Origin: Wigglesworthia glossinidia endosymbiont of Glossina brevipalpis
Lineage (GTDB): Bacteria > Pseudomonadota > Gammaproteobacteria > Enterobacterales > Enterobacteriaceae
Direction of reading: 5' to 3'
Length of the DNA: 32,000 nucleotides
Assembly (NCBI GenBank): GCA_000008885.1
Contig: BA000021.3
Location: forward strand, 480,001 to 512,000
Position 1 is the stretch's first letter. Every line of letters starts with the position of its first letter. Shown here piece by piece: positions 20,583-29,180 of the stretch. Under the pieces are notes generated by a model. That model made no database searches. It saw only the letters and a program-made list of their open reading frames with translations, and was not told the DNA's origin. A program made the translations under genes and the position numbers.

Positions 20583-23500
20583 TTAAACCATACTCAATAA
20601 AGTAGTATTTCCACCTGCAGCAGTAGTGTTTAAACTTATTGTACGTTCTATTAAAAGTTTTTCTAAAAATATTTTTTTATCTCCATTTTTATGGCTATGA
20701 ACATTTATTACTGGACCTCTTTTTTTAGATAAAATTTCCAACACTTCTTTTAATTGTAATTCATCGCCGTGAAATAAAACTATATCAAACATTGAATCTT
20801 CTCTTTTCCAATTTGGGATAAGAATTACATTTTTTAAAACAGATTGTGGAAGAATAGAAAATATTTTTTGTGTAATTGGATTATGAGATAAAATTGCTTT
20901 CCCTCCAATACTGGTAACAGCTGCTAATTGAATTAGTAAATCATTTTCATCATTTGATAAACATAATATTCTTTCTCTTGGAAGCAACAAATAGGTATTC
21001 TTCTCTCCAGTAGGTCCTTGTAGCACTCTTGAGCTTCCTGATTGAGATTGTGAAATAAAATAATTACAATATTTTTCTAAATCTGGATAGTTTACAGAAA
21101 TCCATTCTATTAAACTGACACAAGATTCTTGTATTTTTTCGCATCTAGTCAAATCTACTTTTTTATTTTTATCTAGTTCTTCTAATGAAGATAAAATATT
21201 TTTTTCTTTTCTATCAGAAAGCAATCTGTATAGATATAATGGACCTCCTGCTTTTGGCCCAGTACCAGATAAACCTTCTCCACCAAAAGGCTGAACCCCA
21301 ACTACTGCTCCTACTATGTTTCTATTTACATAATAATTTCCAACTTTTGTTGATGTTGTGACTTTTTCTATATTTTCTTCTATTCTAGAATGAATACCGA
21401 TAGTCAATCCATATCCAGAAGAATTTATTTTTTCAAATATATTATTCATTTCTTCATATTTAAATTTAACAATATGTAAAACTGGACCAAATACTTCTTC
21501 TTTTATTTGATCTATATCGTCTAATTCTATCAATGTTGGTAAAACAAAATTTCCTAGATCTTGTTTTGTGTCATAAGACATTTCACTCTGCCATACAGAA
21601 TGGTTGCTTTTTTTCATATTCAAAATATGTTGATCAATATTGATTTTTGCATTTTTATCTATCACAGGACCAATATCTGTTGAAAAATATTCTGGATTTC
21701 CTACAGTATAAGAATCAATAGCTCCTTTAATCATATTTAAAGTTTTTTCTGATACATCTTCTTGTATACATAATAGTCTTAAAGCAGAACAACGCTGTCC
21801 AGCGCTATCAAAAGCAGAAACAATAATATCAGATACTACTTGCTCTGTTAATGCTGAAGAATCTACAATCATGGCATTTAGACCGCCAGTTTCAGCAATT
21901 AGAGGAACAGGTCTTCCTTTGCTTAAACGATCAGATAAATTCAATTGCAATAAACGAGCAACTTGAGTAGATCCTGTAAACATAACTCCGTGTATACGAT
22001 GATCTTTAGATAGAGAATTTCCTATTATTTTTCCACTTCCAGGTAAAAACTGTAAAGACTCACTTGGTATTCCAGAATCTATCATTAATTTAATAGCTTC
22101 ATATGCAACTATAGGCGTTTGTTCTGCAGGTTTAGCTATTACTGCATTTCCAGAAGCTAAAGCAGCTGAAATTTGTCCTAAAAAAATAGCTAAAGGAAAA
22201 TTCCATGGACTTATGCATAACACACACCCTAAAGGAATATGTGTTTTATTATTAAAAGGTTTTATTTGATTTGAGTAATATCTTAAAAAATCAACTGCTT
22301 CTCTTATTTCGGAAACGGCATTAGGAAAAGTTTTTCCTGACTCTCTAACGAGTAAATTAATAAAAATATTAGTATTTTTTTCTATCTTGTTAGAAATATC
22401 ATATAAAATTTTAGATCTCTCTAATGGTTCTTTTGAAGACCATAATTCAATTCCTTTTACCGAGCTTTCAAGAGCAGATTCAACGTCTTTTAAAGTAGAA
22501 CTTTGACACTCTCCTATTATATCTTTTTTATTAGCTGGATTTATAATTTTACTAATAGATCCTTTATCTAATTTTGAATGAATTATTGGAGTAACTTTCC
22601 AAAATTTATCTGAATTTTTTAACAAGTCAGATGATAATTTTGCTAAAACATTTTCATTAGAAAAATTAAATCCATGAGAATTTTCTCTATTATTTCCATA
22701 TAAATTTTTTGGCAAAGGAATATTTGGATGAGAAGTTCCAATTTCAACATTTTCTTTTTTTGATATACTTATAGACTCTTTTATCGGACTTAAAACTAAT
22801 TTTTCAATAGAAACATTATTATCTGATATGCGATTAATAAATGAATTATTAGCTCCGTTTTCTAAAATTCTTCTTACTAAATAAGCAAGTAAAGTTTTAT
22901 GTGTACCTACAGGAGCATAAATTCTACATGGACGATCTAATTTTTTATCAATGGCATTACCTACTACTTTTTCGTATAATTGTTCTCCCATACCGTGTAA
23001 ACATTGAAATTCATATTGTCCTGAATAATAATTCTCTCCAGCAAAATGATATATAGATGATACAGTATGAGCATTGTGAGTAGCAAATTGTGGATATATA
23101 TGATTACTTTCTGATAGAAGTTTTTTAGCACATGCTAAATAAGATATGTCTGTATATGCTTTTCTCGTAAATACTGGATAGTCTTCTATTCCTTCAATTT
23201 GTGCATTTTTTATTTCACTATCCCAATAAGCTCCTTTTACTAACCTTACCATTAATCTTCTTTTCGTACGTTTTGCTATATCAATTAGTTCTTCTATTAC
23301 ATACATACATCTTTTTTGATAAGCTTGTACTACAAACCCAATACCACTCCATCCAAATAAAGATGGTTCACAACATAATTTATCTAATAAATCTATAGAA
23401 ATTTCTAATCTGTTTGCCTCTTCAGCATCTATATTCATACCTATGTCATAATGTCTAGCTAATAAAGTTAACGATCTTAATCTAGGATATAATTCAGACA

Positions 23501-24533
23501 TAACTTTTTCATATTTATTTCTAGAATAACGAGGATGAATAGCTGATAATTTAATAGATATACCTGGTCCTTTATATATTCCTTTTCCCAAAGATGATTT
23601 TCCTATACAATGAATTGCGTTTTCATAAGAAGTCATGTATTTTTGTGCATCTTCTTCTGTTAAAGCTGCTTCTCCAAGCATATCATATGAATATGAAAAA
23701 CCTTTTTTTTCTAAAATGTTTGTATTTTTTAGAGCTTGTTGTATATTTTCTCCTACAACAAATTGTTTTCCCATTAATTTCATAGCTACGTTTATAGCTT
23801 TTCCTACGATTGGCTCTCCTATTTTTTGAATAACTTTATTTAAATATGAACTTAAATTTTTTTCTTTATGTCTTTTGATTAAATTATTAGTTATACATAA
23901 ACCCCATACTGCTGAATTTATAAATAAACCTTTATTGGATCCAAAATGGCTTTTCCAATCTTTATTTTTTATTTTGTCTTTTATTAAAGAATTTCTTGTA
24001 TTTACATCTGGTATTCTTAGCAAGGCTTCTGCTAAACACATTAAAGCTATACCTTCTTTAGAAGATAAAGGAAATTCTCGTAGTAAATCTTGAACCATTT
24101 GTTCTCTATTGTACTTTTTTGATTTTTCTCTTAATCCTTTTGCTAGATACTTTGATAGCTCATGAATTTTTTTTTCAGTTTCTTCTTCGCATTTAGATAG
24201 TTCTAATAACTTTGGAACAATTTCTTTTTCAGGAGTACTCCAAGCGTTTGTTGTATTAAATCTTAAATAAGATTGAGGTAATATTTGTTGTGCAAATTCA
24301 AAGAAAGGTTTAAAAATAATTTTTTCATTTATTTTGTCTTGATAATCTTGAATTTCATTTTTATTTTCTATTAATTTTTCGCTAGATTTTGATTTTTTCT
24401 CTAAATCATCTAGGTGAAGAAAAATGGCCTGCTTAATTATCCAATGTGGAGTACGATTTAATCTACTTGATATATTTTCGATACGATGGGATAATTTGTT
24501 GTCTAATTTTATTCCTAATATTCTGGTATCCAT
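20583..24533 (-). CDS. putA: Trifunctional PutA: RHH DNA-binding domain, proline dehydrogenase, L-glutamate-gamma-semialdehyde dehydrogenase
   Basis: 1316 aa; N-terminus LGIKLDNKLSHRIENISSRLNRTPHWIIKQAIF (ribbon-helix-helix), MVRLVKGAYWDSEIKNAQ (PRODH), GSTQVARLLQ, AETGGLNAMIVDSSAL, SAFDSAGQRCSALR (ALDH Glu and Cys), GGEGLSGTGPKAGGPLYLYRL. Confidence 0.96.
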   Translation of the reverse strand: MDTRILGIKLDNKLSHRIENISSRLNRTPHWIIKQAIFLHLDDLEKKSKSSEKLIENKNEIQDYQDKINEKIIFKPFFEFAQQILPQSYLRFNTTNAWSTPEKEIVPKLLELSKCEEETEKKIHELSKYLAKGLREKSKKYNREQMVQDLLREFPLSSKEGIALMCLAEALLRIPDVNTRNSLIKDKIKNKDWKSHFGSNKGLFINSAVWGLCITNNLIKRHKEKNLSSYLNKVIQKIGEPIVGKAINVAMKLMGKQFVVGENIQQALKNTNILEKKGFSYSYDMLGEAALTEEDAQKYMTSYENAIHCIGKSSLGKGIYKGPGISIKLSAIHPRYSRNKYEKVMSELYPRLRSLTLLARHYDIGMNIDAEEANRLEISIDLLDKLCCEPSLFGWSGIGFVVQAYQKRCMYVIEELIDIAKRTKRRLMVRLVKGAYWDSEIKNAQIEGIEDYPVFTRKAYTDISYLACAKKLLSESNHIYPQFATHNAHTVSSIYHFAGENYYSGQYEFQCLHGMGEQLYEKVVGNAIDKKLDRPCRIYAPVGTHKTLLAYLVRRILENGANNSFINRISDNNVSIEKLVLSPIKESISISKKENVEIGTSHPNIPLPKNLYGNNRENSHGFNFSNENVLAKLSSDLLKNSDKFWKVTPIIHSKLDKGSISKIINPANKKDIIGECQSSTLKDVESALESSVKGIELWSSKEPLERSKILYDISNKIEKNTNIFINLLVRESGKTFPNAVSEIREAVDFLRYYSNQIKPFNNKTHIPLGCVLCISPWNFPLAIFLGQISAALASGNAVIAKPAEQTPIVAYEAIKLMIDSGIPSESLQFLPGSGKIIGNSLSKDHRIHGVMFTGSTQVARLLQLNLSDRLSKGRPVPLIAETGGLNAMIVDSSALTEQVVSDIIVSAFDSAGQRCSALRLLCIQEDVSEKTLNMIKGAIDSYTVGNPEYFSTDIGPVIDKNAKINIDQHILNMKKSNHSVWQSEMSYDTKQDLGNFVLPTLIELDDIDQIKEEVFGPVLHIVKFKYEEMNNIFEKINSSGYGLTIGIHSRIEENIEKVTTSTKVGNYYVNRNIVGAVVGVQPFGGEGLSGTGPKAGGPLYLYRLLSDRKEKNILSSLEELDKNKKVDLTRCEKIQESCVSLIEWISVNYPDLEKYCNYFISQSQSGSSRVLQGPTGEKNTYLLLPRERILCLSNDENDLLIQLAAVTSIGGKAILSHNPITQKIFSILPQSVLKNVILIPNWKREDSMFDIVLFHGDELQLKEVLEILSKKRGPVINVHSHKNGDKKIFLEKLLIERTISLNTTAAGGNTTLLSMV

Positions 24534-24829
24534 ACGTATTTCTCATATGAAATGATTTGAAAATTACATTTTATTTAATATTTTAAATTTATTGTAAACT
24601 TTCTAATCAAAATTATAATAAGGATTATTTTTTATTTTTTTAAAAATCATATTTTAATTATTCTTTAATAAAAATATAATTATTAAAAATTAAATAACAC
24701 ATTAACGAAATATTAAAATTAATCATTTTGAATGATATATTATTTATGTATATATAAAGTTTATTTAATAGATAAATATTTCTTTTACCAGCATTATTAT
24801 TCTACAATTGATCAAAAAAGCGATATAAA

Positions 24830-26605
24830 TTATTTTATTTTTAAATTTACATTTAACAAATCACTTATAATAGAAATATTTCTTTTATCTTTTAGAAACT
24901 TTTTAATACAATTAGAAGTAAAACTTCCTATGCCTTTAATTGAACGCAAATCTTCATAACTAGTGTTAATAAAATTAGAAATATTTTTATAATAATTTGC
25001 TAAATTCATTGATGTATATATTCCTACATTAGGAATTCCTATTCCATATATAACACGATATAGTTCTGTTGTTTTTGATTTTATAATTTCTTTTATTAAA
25101 TTTTCGCTAGATTTTAAACCCATGCCTTTTAAAAAAATTATTTTATCTGTATTTAACTTAAAAATATCAGAGGGATATTTAATAATTTTTTTTTCAATTA
25201 ACTGTGAGATTATTTTATTCCCCATGCCCTTTATATTTAAAGCTTCACGAGATACAAAATGATTTAATAGCTGTTTTCTTTGAGCGTAACACAAAAATCC
25301 TCCAGTGCAATATAAATTTTTTTTTCTTAAACAAAATTCTATTTTTGATTTGCAAAAAATACATGTTTTTGGAAATATTATTTCTTTAACGTTTTTTCTT
25401 TTTTCAAAAATTACTCTAGAAATTTTTGGTATAACATCTCCAGATTTCTTTAAACATACTGTATCGTTTATCATTATTCCCAATTTATCTATTATATCTT
25501 TATTATGTAAAGAAGAATATTTAATAATTGTTCCCATAAAATATACTGGTTTTAGTTTTGCAACTGGAGTAATTACACCTGTTCTTCCTACGTTAAAATT
25601 TACTCCTAATATTTTTGTGCATTTTTCTTCAGATGAAAATTTATATGCAATTGCCCAGCGTGGATATTTAGAAGAACATCCTAACTTTTTTTGTAATTTC
25701 ATAGAATTTACTTTTACTACTATTCCATCTATATTAAAATCTAAATAATCGCGTATTTTGATTGACTTCTCATAAAAATTTTTAACCTCATTTAAAGATT
25801 TGCATAATTCTGTATTTTTTTCTATTGGAATCCCCCATGAATTAATTAATTTTAATGCATCATGTTGGTCATAATAATATTTTTTTTCATTTACATATCC
25901 TATTCCATACCCATAAAAAGACAAAGATCTATTTTTAGTTATTTTAGGATTAATTTGCCTTAAAGATCCAGAAGCCATGTTTCTAGCATTAGAAAATAAT
26001 TTCTTTCTCTTTGATTTTAGCATTTTATTAATTTTATTAAATGTAGATAATTTAATAAATACTTCTCCCCTTATTTCTATTTTTTTAGGAAAAGATAAAT
26101 TATTTTTTTTTAAAATATGTGGAATGCTTTTAATTTCTAAAGCATTTTTTGTTACATCTTCTCCTTGCAATCCATCTCCTCTAGTAGAGGCACTATCTAA
26201 TATTCCATTTTTATAAATTAAATTTATAGCTAAACCGTCAATTTTTAATTCACAACAATAATATCTTTTTTCATTATAAAATAAATTTTTTTTTACTTTT
26301 TCATGAAAATTTAATAAATTTTTATAATTAAAAATACTTTCTAAAGACAACATATTAGATAAATGTTTTATTTTTTTAAATTTATTACATATATTTTTTG
26401 CTACAATTTTATTGCTATAACTTGTATTTAAAAACATACTATATTTTTTTTCTAGCTCGTTTAATTCAAATAAAGTAGAATCATATTTTTCATCTGAAAC
26501 TAAAGATAAGTTTTTAACATAATAGTTATTATTCCACATTTCAATTTTTTTTCTTAAATTTAAAATTTTTGTTTTTATTTTTATATTTATATTTTTCTTA
26601 AACAT
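24830..26605 (-). CDS. ligA: NAD+-dependent DNA ligase, lacking the C-terminal BRCT domain
   Basis: 591 aa; CCELKIDGLAINLIYKNG active site, STRGDGLQGEDVT, four-Cys zinc motif CKFCKSKI..CTGGFLCYAQRK, HhH repeats; ORF ends with SIISDLLNVNLKIK* where the BRCT domain normally starts. Confidence 0.93.
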   Translation of the reverse strand: MFKKNINIKIKTKILNLRKKIEMWNNNYYVKNLSLVSDEKYDSTLFELNELEKKYSMFLNTSYSNKIVAKNICNKFKKIKHLSNMLSLESIFNYKNLLNFHEKVKKNLFYNEKRYYCCELKIDGLAINLIYKNGILDSASTRGDGLQGEDVTKNALEIKSIPHILKKNNLSFPKKIEIRGEVFIKLSTFNKINKMLKSKRKKLFSNARNMASGSLRQINPKITKNRSLSFYGYGIGYVNEKKYYYDQHDALKLINSWGIPIEKNTELCKSLNEVKNFYEKSIKIRDYLDFNIDGIVVKVNSMKLQKKLGCSSKYPRWAIAYKFSSEEKCTKILGVNFNVGRTGVITPVAKLKPVYFMGTIIKYSSLHNKDIIDKLGIMINDTVCLKKSGDVIPKISRVIFEKRKNVKEIIFPKTCIFCKSKIEFCLRKKNLYCTGGFLCYAQRKQLLNHFVSREALNIKGMGNKIISQLIEKKIIKYPSDIFKLNTDKIIFLKGMGLKSSENLIKEIIKSKTTELYRVIYGIGIPNVGIYTSMNLANYYKNISNFINTSYEDLRSIKGIGSFTSNCIKKFLKDKRNISIISDLLNVNLKIK

Positions 26606-26870
26606 ATAAAACTTTTTTTAAAATAATTATGATAATTTAATATAAATTAAATTTTAATACACAATAATATTAAAGAACTATAGTAGAGTCAAATTAGAAA
26701 AATAAAATTTAATAAATTAAATTAATTTAAAAAATTAATTTTTAAAATAAATTAATTTTAATGTTAGTAAAAACTAATATTAATTTTTTATTTAAATTTT
26801 ACTTTAATTTAATTTATAATACACTTTATACATTTTATTTTATAATAAGTTTGTGATAAATTAAATTTAT

Positions 26871-26957
26871 GGTGAGATGTCCGAGAGGTTTAAGGAGCAA
26901 GCCTGGAAAGTTTGTATACGATTTTTCGTATCGAGGGTTCGAATCCCTCTCTCACCG
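26871..26957 (+). tRNA. tRNA-Ser(GGA)
   Basis: Cloverleaf by eye: acceptor GGTGAGA/TCTCACC + G discriminator, anticodon arm CAAGC-CTGGAAA-GTTTG, long variable arm (ATACGA..TCGTAT), T arm GAGGG-TTCGAAT-CCCTC; very close to the E. coli tRNA-Ser(GGA) sequence. No encoded CCA. Confidence 0.96.
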
Positions 26958-27067
26958 AAACTTTTTTAAAAATTTAAAATTAATATTTGATAATTGTAAA
27001 AATTAAAATATTATTTATGTAATTTTAAATTTAAAACATATTATTTGAAATTTTTTATATAAAATTT

Positions 27068-27793
27068 ATGATTTTTTTAAAAAAAAATATTAAAATAGGA
27101 ATTATAGGAGCTTTATCTCGAGAAATACAGATAATAATAAGTAAATTAAAAAATTACAGTATAAAAAAAGATAAAATCTTTACTTTGCATATGGGAACTA
27201 TAAATTTTTCAAAAATAGCAATAATAAAATCTGGAATAGGGAAAGTGTTGTCGTCAATAAATACATTGCATTTAATAAAATTATTTAATCCTGATTTAAT
27301 AATAAATATCGGCATATCTGGTTCTTTAAGAAAAGAACTTTTAATAGGAGATATTATTATTTCAAAAAAAATTTGCTATCACGATGTAGACTTAACTTAT
27401 TTTGGATATAAAATAGGACAAATTCCAAAAAATCCTAAATATTATTATTCTCCATATCCATTAGTAAAAATATTAGAAAATATATCAGATCTTATTGGTT
27501 TAAATTTTAAGTCTGGTTTAATTATCAGTGGAGATTCTTTTATACATTGTAAAGAAAAAAATAATTTATTAAAAATAAAAAAATTTTTTCCACATGCATA
27601 TGCAGTGGACATGGAATCTTCTTCTATTGCACAAGTATGTAATATTTTTTGTATACCATTTATAAGCATAAGATCTATATCTGATTGTATATACGAAGAA
27701 AATAAAATAAAATTTAAACTAAATTCTTATTTAGCGATAAAAAATTTTTCAAATATTACTTTAAAATTTATCAAAAACACAAGTTTATTATAA
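27068..27793 (+). CDS. mtnN: 5'-methylthioadenosine/S-adenosylhomocysteine nucleosidase
   Basis: 241 aa; KIGIIGALSREI, KSGIGKV, VDMESSSIAQVC, RSISD; catalytic-position Glu/Glu/Asp appear retained relative to E. coli MtnN. Confidence 0.9.
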   Translation: MIFLKKNIKIGIIGALSREIQIIISKLKNYSIKKDKIFTLHMGTINFSKIAIIKSGIGKVLSSINTLHLIKLFNPDLIINIGISGSLRKELLIGDIIISKKICYHDVDLTYFGYKIGQIPKNPKYYYSPYPLVKILENISDLIGLNFKSGLIISGDSFIHCKEKNNLLKIKKFFPHAYAVDMESSSIAQVCNIFCIPFISIRSISDCIYEENKIKFKLNSYLAIKNFSNITLKFIKNTSLL

Positions 27794-27839
27794 ATTTTTT
27801 GTAAATAAATATAAATTTATTTTATGTATTAAAAATAAT

Positions 27840-28769
27840 TTAATTAATAAAACGAAAGCATGAAAAGTTATTTATTGATTTTTCCAAATCTGATTTTATT
27901 CTAAATCTATTTCTATTTTGATTTAATATAGATACTTTCAGAACTGATTGTATTAAAAAATAAAATTTTTTTACTTTATATACTGACAATATTTTTCCTG
28001 CAAAATTCCATTTATTAATCATCTTTTGTTCTATTATATCTCCTGCTTTTGGTAAAAAGCTAGATTTCCCGTACAAAATATATAAAAATTTTTTCTTTAT
28101 TTTTAGATATTGCATCTTATATATTAATTCTTGCCCCATATAACATCCTTTATTAAAATCAATAGCATGAAAATAATTTAAATTTATTTCTTGAGGAAAA
28201 AAATGTTCGCTTGTAATAGGTTCAATAACAGGGTATTTCAATTTTATAATCTCAAATAAATATTTTTTGTAATTATAAAATGTATTATTTAATTTTAATT
28301 TATAGAATATATCTTCTCTTTTTCTTTTATTTATAATTATCAAATAAAATGGATTTTTAAATTTGAAATATAAAATCGCACAATCTTTATAATTTATTAC
28401 TTTATTTTTTTCATTTGGAATTTCAAAAAAAATGGATTTTATTTTTTTTTCAGCACTTGTCCCATAAGAACCCAGCAAAACTAATTCTTTATTTAAAATA
28501 ATATCTACTTTATAAAAAGTAGAATATTTTTTCAAAATTTCAATTTGATTGAAATTTATAATTTTAGGTTGAATATAAGAAATTTTATTTTGATAGTAAA
28601 AAACACACATATTACTAATAACCTTTCCTTTTTCATTACAATGAGCAGAAAATTTAAATTCATTTTTTTTTAAACAAAAAAAATTACTTGTAAATTGATT
28701 TTGTAATAATTTTAATGCATCATTTCCGATTATTTTTACTAAAATTAAATTAGAAAGACAAATAAACAT
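27840..28769 (-). CDS. ygfZ: Folate-binding protein YgfZ (Fe-S cluster repair/assembly)
   Basis: 309 aa; signature KGCYMGQEL (K-G-C-Y-x-G-Q-E), LLQNQFTSN, AHCNEKGKV; divergent from sdhE as in E. coli. Confidence 0.9.
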   Translation of the reverse strand: MFICLSNLILVKIIGNDALKLLQNQFTSNFFCLKKNEFKFSAHCNEKGKVISNMCVFYYQNKISYIQPKIINFNQIEILKKYSTFYKVDIILNKELVLLGSYGTSAEKKIKSIFFEIPNEKNKVINYKDCAILYFKFKNPFYLIIINKRKREDIFYKLKLNNTFYNYKKYLFEIIKLKYPVIEPITSEHFFPQEINLNYFHAIDFNKGCYMGQELIYKMQYLKIKKKFLYILYGKSSFLPKAGDIIEQKMINKWNFAGKILSVYKVKKFYFLIQSVLKVSILNQNRNRFRIKSDLEKSINNFSCFRFIN

Positions 28770-28907
28770 AAAAATAAATATCCTTGTTTTTAAAGTAAAT
28801 GTTATAATTAAAATAGATATGTAAAAATTTATTATTATAAATATATTTATCTTAAAAAATGAGGTATATAAAAATTATATCTTTATTTTATAAAATTTTA
28901 TAGAAAA

Positions 28908-29162
28908 ATGAAAATAAAAAATAAATCTATGGTTTATTGGTCTTGCAGAAGAGGAATGTTAGAGTTAGATATTATAATTAATAATTTCTTTAAAAAAGAA
29001 TTTGATTTTTTATCAAATAAAGAAAAAATTTTTTTTGTTAATATGTTAAGTTACGATGATATTTATCTGTATAAGTGTCTTATTTTTAATTATGAACCAA
29101 AAAACAAAAAAATAAAAAAAATTATCAAATTAATAAAAAGAAGTTCTTTTTCATTTTCATAA
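28908..29162 (+). CDS. sdhE: FAD assembly factor SdhE
   Basis: 84 aa; WSCRRGMLELDIIINNFF (RGxxE motif), F..LLSYDD-like NMLSYDDIYLYKCL; position between ygfZ and recJ. Confidence 0.87.
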   Translation: MKIKNKSMVYWSCRRGMLELDIIINNFFKKEFDFLSNKEKIFFVNMLSYDDIYLYKCLIFNYEPKNKKIKKIIKLIKRSSFSFS

Positions 29163-29180
29163 ATTTTTTAAAGGAAAAAT

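Noticed and set aside
23201-24093. Short plus-strand ORFs antisense to putA (23201-23398, 23594-23785, 23635-23829, 23875-24093)
   Set aside because: Antisense to conserved PutA coding sequence with no recognisable motifs.
24732-26216. Short plus-strand ORFs overlapping ligA (24732-24959, 25204-25389, 25305-25748, 25977-26216)
   Set aside because: Antisense to ligA; residue patterns are mirror translations of ligA codons, for example the zinc-finger region.
26841-26846. TATAAT 25 nt upstream of tRNA-Ser as a promoter -10 box
   Set aside because: Plausible, but TATAAT-like strings are very frequent in this composition and no clear -35 could be assigned.
27445-27669. Minus-strand ORF of 74 aa within mtnN
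   Set aside because: Antisense to conserved MtnN; no independent support.
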